This document shows positions 1 through 10,526 of a stretch of 64,000 bases of DNA, piece by piece. Both the position numbers and the translations under genes were made by a program. Origin of the DNA: an uncultured Flavobacteriaceae bacterium (GTDB lineage: Bacteria; Bacteroidota; Bacteroidia; Flavobacteriales; Flavobacteriaceae); contig CAVXSA010000014.1 of NCBI GenBank assembly GCA_963764285.1, positions 49,901 through 113,900 on the forward strand, read 5' to 3'. Numbering within the stretch: the stretch's first letter is position 1; each line of letters starts with the position of its first letter. The notes beneath the pieces are model-generated. The model made no database searches. It saw only the letters and a list, made by a program, of their open reading frames with translations, and was not told where the DNA came from.

Positions 1-651
1 AAAGCTTGGCTGCTTTCCTCTAAAACTACATTTATGGAGGACTGCCCATTCATGGCAATTTCTTTGGGAGTAAAACCAATATAACTAAAAACCAGTATCG
101 CATTGTCATTTGGCACTGTGATGCTATAGTTGCCATCAAAGTCGGAAGTGGTTCCACTCCCTGTTCCTTTTATCAATATACTGGCCCCGGGTAATGGAGA
201 ACCGTTGGCATCCGACACGATTCCGCTGACCTCATAGTCCTGAAGTAGGTGATGTGTTGCCCACCCAATCATCTGTTTTCGCCATTTTGTATGGCGTTAA
301 AATGATTTGCGTATCTATAATCCTATAACCCACTTTACCTCGGGCAAAAACGCGATTAAGAATTTGTTCGATATCAGCCTGTTTCACACTGATATCCAAG
401 GTTCGTTCGAGATCCAGCTCCCCGCTACTATAAAAGAATTTATAATCGGTTTTAGACTCAATGGCCGCGATAACTTCTAGAACGGTCGCTCCTTTTTCGA
501 CAAGGTCAATCTTGGTTTTTTTTCCAGACTCCGATCCTGCCTGTAATTGGAAAAGTGCTGATACTAAAAACAAGAATGAAATTTTCACTTTTAGATCAAT
601 TTTAGGCAGAAACCCGGTTTTTCCTGAAACCAATTGTTTTGGATTTTTCAT
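1..651 (-). CDS. susC: SusC/RagA-family TonB-dependent transporter with N-terminal STN signalling domain, 5' part only (runs off the left edge); one frameshift near 240-290
   Basis: ORF 232..651 has a signal peptide and STN-like domain (IESKTDYKFFYS...LDISVKQADIEQIL). An alternate frame continues QDYEVSGIVSDANGSPLPGASILIKGTGSGTTSDFDGNYSI...LVFSYIGF, the typical SusC carboxypeptidase-regulatory-like domain. Lies downstream of fecR. Confidence 0.9.
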
Positions 652-699
652 AATTTTGTGAAGGTTTTAGTTATTCTCTGAACTGAAATCTTTTATGTG

Positions 700-733
700 A
701 ATCGGGAGGTGTTACAGCACTTTCCGATTTTTT
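700..733 (+). terminator. Intrinsic terminator oriented antisense to fecR-susC
   Basis: AATCGGGAGGTG-TTACAG-CACTTTCCGATT followed by a T-run. The 12-bp stem pairs fully (with two G-U) only as + strand RNA. Confidence 0.7.
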
Positions 734-792
734 AGTCTTTTCTTCATGTGGATGCTCTTTTCATTCGTTTTTTATTATGGGTAAAAAAAATG

Positions 793-2015
793 CTATTCCT
801 TTCGATACATGGTTATCATGTTATCGGTCATCGAATACTCAAATGGAGTATGCTCTTGAAATATTTTGAAAATCTGGTCTATTGTTTCTTCCGTAAAAGT
901 TCCTGTAAACCGTTTATCGTTCAGCTCTTCAATTTTATTTTCGATGGTTACATTAAATTGTCTTTCCAATTTCTTTAAAATCAACTCAAATTTATCATCT
1001 AAGAAATACAATTTACCTTCAGTCCAAGCGACATATTTTTCTACGTTCACCCGATTAACTATGAGATTGCCGTCCAGAATTTCGGCGCGCTCACCCGGAA
1101 CTAGGTCCCGGGATTCTTCTAATCCCTCCCTATCCTCCTTGTACACCCCGATACTTCCTTCAACCAAGACCGTAGAGGTGTTTTTTTCATTTTTGTAACT
1201 TGACACATTGAATTGGGTTCCATATACTTTGATGTTTATATCTTCCGTAACTACCACAAAAGAACTTTCTTTATCTTTTTCAACCGAAAAATATGCCTCC
1301 CCCTCTAGATAAACCGTTCTCGCCACCCCACTAACAAAGACCGTAGGATATCGCAATTTTGAACCTGAATTGAGAAGGATATGGGAGTTGTCAGACAACC
1401 TGAGTTCAAATTTTTTTCCGTATGGAACCACCAATTCATTGTATTTGGTTTCAAATTTATTTTCAGACTTGGTATTATAAATCAACAAATTTCGATCTTG
1501 GTTTACAATGCTGCCGCCCTTGGAGTTTCTTATTATTTTTGAGGTATTCTCGTTTAAGACGCGTACTGTACCGTCTTCCAGTTTTAATGATAACCTCGTT
1601 ATGGGCGTTTTTGGGTACTGCTTCTAAAGTATTCGAATTCCAGAACTGGTGGAATGCCAGAATAGTAACCAGCGCTCCAATGCAGGCAGCTATGGTCCAA
1701 TATTTTGAACTACCTCTCGAAGGCCATTCCTTTGTTTCCTGTAGCCTTCCACTTAGTTCCATTTTTTATCTGAACGATTTCTTTGAAAAGTTTATTCACC
1801 TCGTTTTCATAAGGTGGGCTAGTTTCAACGAAATGGATAGTTTTAATAAAACCTGCTGCCTTATCAACAAGGTGCTTTTTAGCGGGATTTTCTTGAAGCC
1901 AATTTTCCCAAAAGTTTTGCGCTTCCCGATTGTCATCTAAAATCCATTTCTGGAAATATTCGTCCATTATAAAGTCTTCTTCCGTATAATGGGTGTACTT
2001 CATATGGTTTTCCAT
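793..2015 (-). CDS. fecR: FecR-family anti-sigma factor, split by about 2 frameshifts into ORFs 1710..2057, 1475..1762 and 793..1488
   Basis: N-terminus EDFIMDEYFQKWI...FWENWLQENP; TM segment YWTIAACIGALVTILAF; FecR domain VPYGKKFELRLSDNSHILLNSGSKLRYP...VYLEGEAYFSV...VYGTQFNVSSY; C-terminal AW(T)EGKLYF...LERQFNV. Confidence 0.9.
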
Positions 2016-2045
2016 TGTTTTGCGGAATACTACTTTTGTATATAG

Positions 2046-2080
2046 AAAGAGGCACAAAATTAATTTTTACCCCATGGAAC
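2046..2080 (-). promoter_or_regulatory. Putative ECF-sigma promoter GGGGTAAAAA-N12-CTCTTT upstream of fecR (copy 1 of 3)
   Basis: Same bipartite motif and spacing recur at 6459-6493 and 6621-6651. Confidence 0.6.
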
Positions 2081-2186
2081 GCGATTTTTTTAGTGCTCTT
2101 TCCAAGGGAGTCCGAATAATTGTGGGAGACATAGCGAATATCACTGCAGATAAAGAGGTCTTTTTTAATATCTCTCACCACTAATA

Positions 2187-3353
2187 TTAACTGTATCCCA
2201 TTTCGATGGCATGCATTAAAGCCTTGATATATCCGAACGCATAGGCATGGCCTTGAAGATAGCTGGCAGGATCTTCGTGGTGGGGAATATGATCGGGCAT
2301 AACCATAGCATCGTAGCCAACATCCCTTAATGCCATTAAAATTTCCCCAAAATCCATATCCCCATTGTCCGGATATACTTCCTGAAAATCATTATATCCT
2401 CCTTTGATATTGCGAAGGTGGATATTGAATATTTGTTTGCGCTCCCCAACCCATTGGATGATTGGCAGAATTTCCGTTCTTGGGTTCTCAAGGCCCTCAG
2501 CGGTCGATCCGAGGCAAAGGTTGAACCCATGGGATGGACTATCATATAATTGGGCAAAGCGCTTTATGCCCTCGAACACATCGGGACTATTCCAGCGGGT
2601 GATACCGCGATATCCTATCGGGGCGGGCGGATCGGCGATATGGTTGGCGAGCTTTACATTATATTCTTCGGCCACGGGCATGACCCTATCCAAAAAATAG
2701 GTTATTCTTTCGTACATTTCATCGCTGTCTACCTTTCCCGCAATGGTAGGACCTTCGTCTTTGGCAAGTGCTTTTTCCAAGTTCCAGCTTCGGTAATAGG
2801 TATTGCCCCGGGTGGTGTCCAAGGTATCACCGGTTCTAAGAATAGGTAGTATAATCATGTTATAGTTCAACACCTTAACCCCCGTTTTGCTGGCAATCGT
2901 AATCATTTGCTGTATCAATTCAATCTCGCGGTCCCTTGCCGGACTCTTGCCCAACATAATATTCGGGGTACTGATTTTCTTTATACCGGCCGATGATAAG
3001 GGAAGGTGATACGCATCTAAACTGATACCATATTTTTCACAGGCTTCCCGCTTTCTCAATGAGTCTTCCAAGTCCCATCCTACCCCTTCGATCAATTCAG
3101 GGGCTCCACCATCCATATGAAAAACTCCATACCGTGCCAAAAACTCCAAATTTTCCTTTCCTGTACCGCCATGTTGACAACCTACATTATATAAAATCTG
3201 ATTCTTTGATATTTCGGTCGCTTCGCTCTTTTCTTTCTTTTTATCCCCTGGAACACAAGCTGCCGAAAGCGAACCCATCGCACCGACACCTACCCCTCCC
3301 TTTATCAAGGTAGAAAGGGCTTGCCTTCTATTCAAATTTTCATTTTTTTTCAT
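2187..3353 (-). CDS. Mannonate dehydratase (UxuA)-family protein with twin-arginine signal and possible lipobox
   Basis: ERITYFLDRVMPVAEEYNVKLANHIADPP, GFNLCLGS, IHLRNIKG, FQEVYPDNGDMD, MPDHIP, YAFGYIKAL motifs; N-terminus NRRQAL...LSAAC. Start set at ATG 3353. Confidence 0.85.
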   Translation of the reverse strand: MKKNENLNRRQALSTLIKGGVGVGAMGSLSAACVPGDKKKEKSEATEISKNQILYNVGCQHGGTGKENLEFLARYGVFHMDGGAPELIEGVGWDLEDSLRKREACEKYGISLDAYHLPLSSAGIKKISTPNIMLGKSPARDREIELIQQMITIASKTGVKVLNYNMIILPILRTGDTLDTTRGNTYYRSWNLEKALAKDEGPTIAGKVDSDEMYERITYFLDRVMPVAEEYNVKLANHIADPPAPIGYRGITRWNSPDVFEGIKRFAQLYDSPSHGFNLCLGSTAEGLENPRTEILPIIQWVGERKQIFNIHLRNIKGGYNDFQEVYPDNGDMDFGEILMALRDVGYDAMVMPDHIPHHEDPASYLQGHAYAFGYIKALMHAIEMGYS

Positions 3354-3401
3354 TATTTCTGTTTTATAAGTGTATATGCTCGGTGGGTTCATATAAGAAT
3401 G

Positions 3402-4685
3402 CTACCACCTTTGAAGTTCAAATTGCCAATCAGGATGTACCTTTTTCATTTCGATCTCGTCATTTCGTTCCTTAAGTCCACAGTCCAAGAACTGATTGTG
3501 TAATTTTTGTAATTGTTCGCGATCCAACTCAACACCCAGTCCAGGACCATCGGGTACCTTCGCAGAACCGTCTTCAATTATTATCTTACCTCCTTTAATG
3601 ACTTCATCGACTTGCCATGGATAATGAGTGTCAAGGGCATAATCTAAATGGGGGACCGCTGCGCCCAAGTGCACCATGGCAGCCATCGAAATACCGAGGT
3701 GACTGTTGGAATGCATGGAAAATCCCCTTCCAAAAGTCTGGCAGATCCTATTGAGTTCCATAGAGGCCTGTAATCCTCCCCAAAAATGATGGTCCGATAA
3801 AATGATATGTTCGGATCCGAGCCTTAAACTGGAAGGAATATCATCAAACGAAGTCGTACACATATTAGTAGCCAACGGAATATTTACTTTTTGGCTTAAG
3901 AGGGCCATATTTTCCTGACCTCGCACGGGGTCTTCGTAATATTCCAAAACGCCTTCCAACTTTTTACCATATTTCACGGCAGTCTCCAATGACCAAATAG
4001 CATTAGGGTCCAGCCGTAAAGGAACATTGGGCCCAAAGGCTTTTCGAAGTGCGAGCATACTATCACATTCCACTTCCGGAGGTTGTGCGCCGCCTTTTAA
4101 TTTGATGGATTGGAAACCATATTCGTCGCACATGGCTTTCGCCTGGAAAACTATTTGTTCGGGGGACAAAGCCTCCGCTTGGCGGGCCTTTAGCCAACCG
4201 GATGCCTGATTATCTATATCAAAACCCAGTTTTCCTCCCGCTCCCTCATATTTATAGAACAGGTATGCGGAAAAGGGAACCCTATCCCTCGATCGTCCCC
4301 CCAGCAAGTCAACCAGAGGACGTTCTAATTTTTTCCCAATACTATCTAAACAGGCTACCTCGACAGCACTGAACAGATGGACCACAAGCCGCTGGTCCCA
4401 TGGTGCCACGCCTCTTGGGTCTTCGCTGTTTTTAAATTTTTCATGGATCATCCTTTTTAGGACATGGCGTTCGAAAACATCCTGACCGATCAAATAGGGT
4501 TTCAAATTTTCCAAAGCCTTGAATATCTTTTCGCTTCCGGGGATTTCGCTCAGGCCTGTAATGCCACTATCGGTAACAACTTCTACGATGATCCGTAAGG
4601 CATAGCGCGCATGAAGGCCTGCGGCATTGAGCAACGGAGGGTCGCCGACCGCAATCTGTGTGTAATGTATATCAGTTATCTTCAC
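3402..4685 (-). CDS. Glucarate dehydratase-family protein (enolase superfamily acid-sugar dehydratase)
   Basis: DPPLLNAAGLH, VPFSAYLFYK, SIKLKGG, LRLDPNAIW, EYYEDP, PLATNM, MHSNSHLGIS, DTHYPW, PGLGVELD. Probable GTG start at 4685. Confidence 0.88.
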   Translation of the reverse strand: MKITDIHYTQIAVGDPPLLNAAGLHARYALRIIVEVVTDSGITGLSEIPGSEKIFKALENLKPYLIGQDVFERHVLKRMIHEKFKNSEDPRGVAPWDQRLVVHLFSAVEVACLDSIGKKLERPLVDLLGGRSRDRVPFSAYLFYKYEGAGGKLGFDIDNQASGWLKARQAEALSPEQIVFQAKAMCDEYGFQSIKLKGGAQPPEVECDSMLALRKAFGPNVPLRLDPNAIWSLETAVKYGKKLEGVLEYYEDPVRGQENMALLSQKVNIPLATNMCTTSFDDIPSSLRLGSEHIILSDHHFWGGLQASMELNRICQTFGRGFSMHSNSHLGISMAAMVHLGAAVPHLDYALDTHYPWQVDEVIKGGKIIIEDGSAKVPDGPGLGVELDREQLQKLHNQFLDCGLKERNDEIEMKKVHPDWQFELQRW

Positions 4686-4773
4686 AATAAAATTTGATGG
4701 GTCAAAACAACCTCGACAACTACTTCTGAGCAAGCCGATGAGGCAGTTTGTTATTATTTATCCATAGTTATTT

Positions 4774-6213
4774 TTACACCAAAGGCCATATTTGTGCCGC
4801 GATTAAAATGACGATCAGGCCGGTAACTCCCATGATGGTCAGCATCGGCGAGAAGGTCTTCAATACTTCCTTTTCGGTCAGGTTGCTCATTTTACACACA
4901 ATCCAGAAACCGCTGTCGTTCATCCAGGGGAATATTTTCGAACCACAGGCAACGGCAAGTCCCACATACAACATATGGTATCCAAGATCCATCGTGTCGG
5001 CCATACCGGCAAGGATACCTGATGCCGTAATCATAGCTACCGTGGCAGATCCTTGGGCGGTGCGTACCACTACTGCTATTAAAAACGCAAGCGGAATGAT
5101 GGCCATTTGATAGCCTTGGGTCAATGCCCCAATCCTCGCACTTATTCCGGTCTGTTGAAGCATTCCCCCAAACGCGCCCCCTGCAGCAGTAATCAAAATA
5201 ATGACGCCCCCGCTCATGAGGGCCGTCTGTACCGCTTTTTTCAAGACCGGGGTATCGTCTTTCTTTTGGAGGACCAGCAATATGAGGGCCGATAATCCAC
5301 CACAAATAAGCGCGGTGTTTTTTTCCCCGAAGAAATTAACCAATGTTATCAAAAAGTTTCCGGAAGCTCCGACTTCCATAAATGTATCCATTATGGCTTT
5401 GACGGTAATAAGAACCAAGGGAATCAGAACAGGAAGCATCGAAAGCCATAAAGAGGGCAAATAGGCATCTGACCGCATAGACAGTGTCTTGATATCCTTT
5501 AAGGGAGCATCCACGGAATCCCGGAGCGGTATAGGCCATTTCCGATTGGCCCAAACGGCATACATATAGCCAGCGGCAATAGTAAAAAGTCCCACAAGAG
5601 TACCGCCCAGCATCATCATACCGATGGGTATGTTCATTTCACTTACCAAGAACAATGGGCCCGGTGTGGGAGGAACCAATGAATTGGCCATTGCCGCGCC
5701 CGCCGTAACCGCAAGCACCAATAGTAGATAATTTTTTCCCAATTTATTGGCCATCGCCTTGGCCAACGGTATCATCAGATAAAAGACCGTGTCGAAGAAA
5801 ACGGGGATACCTAGAAAAAAACTCCCTCCTAAAAATGATATGGGGGCATGCTTTTCCCCAGTCCATTTGATAAGCGAACGTATAATTTTTTCAGCGGCGC
5901 CACTTTCCAACATACATTTACCAATAATCGCCGCCATGGCAATGAGTATTCCGATTTTACCACAGGTATCGCCGAATGCTATCGCAATTCTTTTTCCGAC
6001 GTGCCAATTGGACATCTGTATAGCGGTATCACTAGAAAATCCCTTGCTTAGGGCAAAAACTTCAACAGCTGAGGGAGGGGTCAATATGGCGACCACGAAG
6101 GCGGCAATCAACAAGGCCAAAAAGGCATGTAGCCTTAGACCTATAATCCCGCCGACAACTATGATAATGCCTATTAACAATATGAATAAAGGATCGGTAA
6201 AAAAATGGTCCAT
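4774..6213 (-). CDS. GntP-family sugar-acid:H+ permease
   Basis: Polytopic membrane protein with GIPVFFD, LVPPTPGP, RTAQGSATVAMIT and MNDSGFW motifs. Confidence 0.9.
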   Translation of the reverse strand: MDHFFTDPLFILLIGIIIVVGGIIGLRLHAFLALLIAAFVVAILTPPSAVEVFALSKGFSSDTAIQMSNWHVGKRIAIAFGDTCGKIGILIAMAAIIGKCMLESGAAEKIIRSLIKWTGEKHAPISFLGGSFFLGIPVFFDTVFYLMIPLAKAMANKLGKNYLLLVLAVTAGAAMANSLVPPTPGPLFLVSEMNIPIGMMMLGGTLVGLFTIAAGYMYAVWANRKWPIPLRDSVDAPLKDIKTLSMRSDAYLPSLWLSMLPVLIPLVLITVKAIMDTFMEVGASGNFLITLVNFFGEKNTALICGGLSALILLVLQKKDDTPVLKKAVQTALMSGGVIILITAAGGAFGGMLQQTGISARIGALTQGYQMAIIPLAFLIAVVVRTAQGSATVAMITASGILAGMADTMDLGYHMLYVGLAVACGSKIFPWMNDSGFWIVCKMSNLTEKEVLKTFSPMLTIMGVTGLIVILIAAQIWPLV

Positions 6214-6458
6214 CAGATCGATACTAAAATTAATTTCTAAATGAATTCAAGGTTTTGCGATTTTTTTTCTCTATGCCTATTCGCACCATGCACATCTAAC
6301 AGCACATTCAATAATCCTGATCTTCCCATGCTTTCAGCTGTTACGGAACCATTTCATTTCCAACAGACAGGTTAAACGCTTTCCCATTTTGCAGTCTTTT
6401 TTCTAACCTTTCATTAAGTCTAGTCGTTCAAGTTGGTGGTGAAGAGATCTTTTTAAAT

Positions 6459-6493
6459 AAAGAGGAAGAAATCCAATTTTTACCCCATGGAAC
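6459..6493 (-). promoter_or_regulatory. Putative ECF promoter motif, copy 2, upstream of gntP
   Basis: AAAGAG-N12-TTTTTACCCC on +; shares 19 identical bases (AATTTTTACCCCATGGAAC) with 2062-2080. Confidence 0.6.
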
Positions 6494-6620
6494 TATAATA
6501 AATGTTGAAATAAACTGATTTGGACTTTTATGGGGCGGGGAAGACGCATGTAGATTTAAGCATCGGAACAGGTCCCCCTTCGAAACAGGTTCATTATTGA
6601 CAGAAAGTGTTTATATATAT

Positions 6621-6651
6621 AAAGAGACAAATCATTGAATTTTTACCCCAT
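6621..6651 (-). promoter_or_regulatory. Putative ECF promoter motif, copy 3
   Basis: AAAGAG-N13-TTTTTACCCCAT on +. Confidence 0.5.
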
Positions 6652-6695
6652 TAATAGTATCAAAATTTTAATAAAAAAATTTTGATATATTTAAC

Positions 6696-7411
6696 ATGTT
6701 TTGGATTTTATTCTATATTTATAAAAAATTAACAGCTTCTACAACCAAAAAACCCGTTAGTTTGGACTTGAATCTTGCTTTTCCTCAAAATTATATTCCA
6801 AAAAGGACCAGTGATGAACATATACATCGCACCTCCTACCTTACCATTTCAGATGATTGTCAGTTATGGCAAGAATTCCAACAGGGTAGCGAAACCGCTT
6901 TTTCCAGAATTTATCGTCTTCATGCCTCTTTATTATACGGGTATGGTATGAAATTGGTAAAGGACAAAGAGTTGATCAAGGATTGTATTCAAGATCTTTT
7001 CATAGAAATGTGGAATACCAAAAATAGGTTGGGATCAGTAAAAAATATTAAATCCTATCTCTTTAAATCAATTCGTAGGAAGTTAATCGCAGCGGCAATA
7101 AAAAACCGCCAAAATCATGGACCGGTCCGTAAACATTCCCAATCTCAAAATGATTTCTTTCCCATCTGAGGAATTGAGATTAGCCGAAGGGCAAAATAGC
7201 GATGAAGAACAGCATAAACTAAAAGAAGCCCTGAATCATCTTACCCAAAGACAACGGGAGATAATCCATTTGAAATTTTTTTACTCGATTAAGTTACCTT
7301 GAAATATCCGAAACTATGGACATTAGCATGAAAGGAACCTATAAATTGATGGGAAGATCTATAAGTTTTCTTCGAGAATATCTGGCCAACCCTGCCACCG
7401 AACGTTCATAA
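6696..7411 (+). CDS. ECF sigma-70 factor (PUL-associated type), at least 2 frameshifts, start uncertain
   Basis: DCQLWQEFQQGSETAFSRIY...DCIQDLFIEMW...IKSYLF (region 2). Later frames give ALNHLTQRQREIIHLKF and EISETMDISMKGTYKLMGRSI (region 4), stop TAA at 7409-7411. Confidence 0.85.
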
Positions 7412-7460
7412 AATAGAGGGTGCAAAACTGAAAATCATGCTAAGGGTAAACACAAGGGGT

Positions 7461-9040
7461 TCATGGCTCGAATATCGCCTTTTCAAGAATGCCCTGCATC
7501 ACCGGATAATCCTTATCTAAATCCCCGTACTGCTCCCGCTCCTTGACCATTGCCGATTTCATTTGGTCGATAACCGCTCTTATATCGTGGTTCGTCAATG
7601 GCGTTATTCAACTCTTTGGGATCCTCCTTCAGGTCATAAAACTCCCATGCGGGTGAGGTGGTTTCTTCGGAGGTACCTTTTTTGCCCAGTCCCTGTCCGT
7701 AAAAAAAGATCAATTTGTAGCGCTCGTTGCGGATGCCGAAGTGTGCCGGACGTTCGGGCCTGTGCAGCCAATATCGGTAGTACATTTCCTTCCGCCAATC
7801 GGCAGGCGTATTTCCGGCCAAGTTTTTACGGAAGCTTCTGCCTTGTATGTAATCGGGTTTTTCGATGCCGGCGTAATCGGCCAATAGGGCGGAAAAATCG
7901 ATATTCAGTACGATATCATCGATACGCCGCCCTCCCTTGATTTCCTTGGGATACCGGATAACAAAGGGCATTCGAAGGGATTCTTCATACATCAATCGCT
8001 TGTCGAAAAACCCATGTTCGCCCAAGAAGTAGCCTTGGTCCGCGGTATAGATGACAATGGTGTTGTCGGCGATACCTTCGTTTTCGAGATAATCGAGCAG
8101 TTTGCCGATGTTGTCGTCGATAGCGGACCCGGAGCGCATGAAATCCTTGACCATTTTTTGGTATATTTTCTTTCGTTTTTGAATGCTGTCCAGTCCGTCT
8201 AAGGGACAAGGAAGTCCGGGGTAGGTGGTCCACCAGTTGTCGGGATCTTTGGTGGCATGGTCCCAGCGTTGGCCCAAATTTTCCAGTTTTTGGCCGACGA
8301 ACGTACGTCCTGTGGTAGCGGGCCCAAAATCATAGAGGGATTCCGGTTCGGGAATTTCCTCGCCCTGATAAAGGTCCTTATATCTATCCGGATAGTCGAA
8401 AGGTTCGTGGGTGGCCTTAAAGTTGCAGAACATCAAAAAGGGCTTCTCCCGCTGTCTTTTACTAAGATATTCTATGGTAAGGTCGGTAATTACATCCGTA
8501 GAAAACCCTTGGTATTCCTTGCCTCCGGAACTATCGTAACCGTCTTGCCAGTTATCTTTGGTCTTTAAAATGGGATTCCAATATCGTCCCTGCCCCGGCA
8601 GTACATTGAAATAATCAAAGCCTTCGGGTTCATCCACCAAATGCCATTTTCCTATAATCGCCGTTTGGTAGCCGTTTTTCGAAAAGGTCTTGGCGATGTT
8701 CGGATGTCCCTTGGGCAAGGGTTCGCTAAGGGTATAGACTTGATTGACATGACTATACTGGCCTGTAAGGATGCTGCCCCTGCTCGGTGTACAGATGCTG
8801 TTGGTGCAGAAGGCATTGTTCAAGACCACACCTTCATCGGCCAAACGTTGTATGCTTTTATTCTGTACATAATCCTTTAAAGCACCCCCATAAATGCCCC
8901 AGGCCTGTGATGTATGGTCGTCGGCAAGGATAAACAGGATATTGGGCCGTTCCATTCCATCTGATTTTTGCCCCTGGCACAGGTTCGTGCAGAAAAAAAA
9001 AAATGCTGAAATGAAGCAAAAATTGGAGAGGTTTGGTCAT
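7461..9040 (-). CDS. Formylglycine-dependent (S1) sulfatase; frameshifts near both termini
   Basis: RPNILFILADD, CTPSRGSILTG (CxPxR), GKWHL, YTADQGYFLGEHGFFDKR, EFYDLKEDPKE. Signal-like N-terminus from ATG 9040 and the tail ...EKAIFEP* lie in other frames. Confidence 0.9.
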
Positions 9041-9149
9041 AGCTACTACATAATAGGTACACAATATACCAAAGAACTGTTGAAGAGTTCCAGGAATTGT
9101 ACGGACTTTTTTATATTCACAGGCCTAACCCATTTAAAAATCCACTATT

Positions 9150-9584
9150 ATGAAAAAGAGTATTTTCATTTGCACATTAGCTTGCCTTTTTGCATTGCAT
9201 TTCGCATTGGCTCAAAACAAAGACGTAACCGCCATAAAATCAATTCTTGCAGAGCAGCAGGAAGCCTGGTCGAACAATGATCTGGAAGGATTTATGCAAG
9301 GCTATTGGGCATCGGATTCCCTTACCTATTATAGTGGGGGGAAAATCACCCGGGGATGGCAGACCACATTGGACAACTATAAAAGAGGATACCCTACCAA
9401 GACCGATACCGGATCGCTGAATTTTCAGATCGATGCCATTACCGGAATCAACGAGAATGCCTATTATGTCATGGGACACTATTTTTTGACCCGGAAGGCG
9501 GGAGATAAAAACGGCACCTTCATGATTATTTTTAAAAGGATGGAAGATGGGCAATGGAAAATTGTAGCGGATTCTTCTTGCTAA
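9150..9584 (+). CDS. Secreted NTF2/SnoaL-like (DUF4440/YybH-type) protein
   Basis: Signal peptide ALA-Q; QQEAWSNNDLEGFMQGYW, GTFMIIFKR..GQWKIVADSS. Confidence 0.75.
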   Translation: MKKSIFICTLACLFALHFALAQNKDVTAIKSILAEQQEAWSNNDLEGFMQGYWASDSLTYYSGGKITRGWQTTLDNYKRGYPTKTDTGSLNFQIDAITGINENAYYVMGHYFLTRKAGDKNGTFMIIFKRMEDGQWKIVADSSC

Positions 9585-9596
9585 AGCCTCTATCGG

Positions 9597-10526
9597 CTAT
9601 TTCTCCTTGTCGATTACAGAAGATTTATAATACTTGATCCGCCTAGTTATATACGTATTGTCAGGCGTCATAATCTTCTTTACCCAATTATTGTTTTCCG
9701 AACCGTCGAATTGATAGATATATTTCTTGGTACTTACCGTGTTGCCCCTATGGGTTTCCGTTTGAATCAACATATCGTTTTCGCCGTAGATATAGGAGGT
9801 CTGTTCTTGGGGAATCCATTTTTCCGTAGTGACGTCATAAAGCGCTTCGTCATTAGAGATTAATTGATTACCGGTATTGTAAACTTCCTCCGTTTTGGAG
9901 TTCAGCGCCCCGTCAAAATATGTTTCGGTCAACATTACGTGCTGTACGGAACCGTTTGCACCCTTCTTATCCCAGCGCTGAACGGATTTCACAGGCCTGT
10001 TGTTCAGTTTTCGCACGACCGTTTTTTTTCCATCAACCGTATCGTACACTATGGAAGTTTGATCGGTGCCTTCGGTATCGGTACGGACAATCTTTATCAA
10101 TTTTCCGTCGGCGTCATAACTGTAAATATTCTGTTCCAGCAACTGTTTGTTGTAGGATACTATTTTTTCGGTCACTTTTCTGTTCCCAGTAGTATCAATT
10201 TTATAGATATTCGCCAGGGATGTCGCCTTGTCGAACGCGTTGTCCCGATAATTCTCCACCCTTTTTTCAGTCAGTTCCCCGTTTTCATATTTGTAATGGG
10301 TAGTTTCGTAATCGGAATCGCTAAAACGGGTCACGGATTGCGTTAAACGGCCCGTTTCGTCAAAATAATATTCCTCTTTTCCATAGTTCGTTATGACAAG
10401 GCTGGATTGTACGTTGCCCTTCAAATCGAAATCCGAAACCGTAAAGATTTTGATTTCTTGGGAGAATAAAAAGGAGGGCAATCCTAAGGATAGGAATAAA
10501 AAAAGGAGGGTGGATTGTTGTGACAT
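9597..10526 (-). CDS. Secreted hypothetical protein with YD/RHS-like beta-hairpin repeats
   Basis: 309-aa ORF; signal peptide LFS-Q; repeats YFDETGRL, YSYDADGKL, YIYGENDML. Confidence 0.7.
   Translation of the reverse strand: MSQQSTLLFLFLSLGLPSFLFSQEIKIFTVSDFDLKGNVQSSLVITNYGKEEYYFDETGRLTQSVTRFSDSDYETTHYKYENGELTEKRVENYRDNAFDKATSLANIYKIDTTGNRKVTEKIVSYNKQLLEQNIYSYDADGKLIKIVRTDTEGTDQTSIVYDTVDGKKTVVRKLNNRPVKSVQRWDKKGANGSVQHVMLTETYFDGALNSKTEEVYNTGNQLISNDEALYDVTTEKWIPQEQTSYIYGENDMLIQTETHRGNTVSTKKYIYQFDGSENNNWVKKIMTPDNTYITRRIKYYKSSVIDKEK

Noticed and set aside
6214-6458. Possible small ORF or riboswitch in the gntP leader
   Set aside because: Only very short ORFs, and no convincing stem or known aptamer motif was found by eye.
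2062-6493. 19-bp direct repeat read as attL/attR of an integrative element
   Set aside because: No integrase or tRNA target, and a third partial copy with conserved bipartite spacing fits a promoter motif better.
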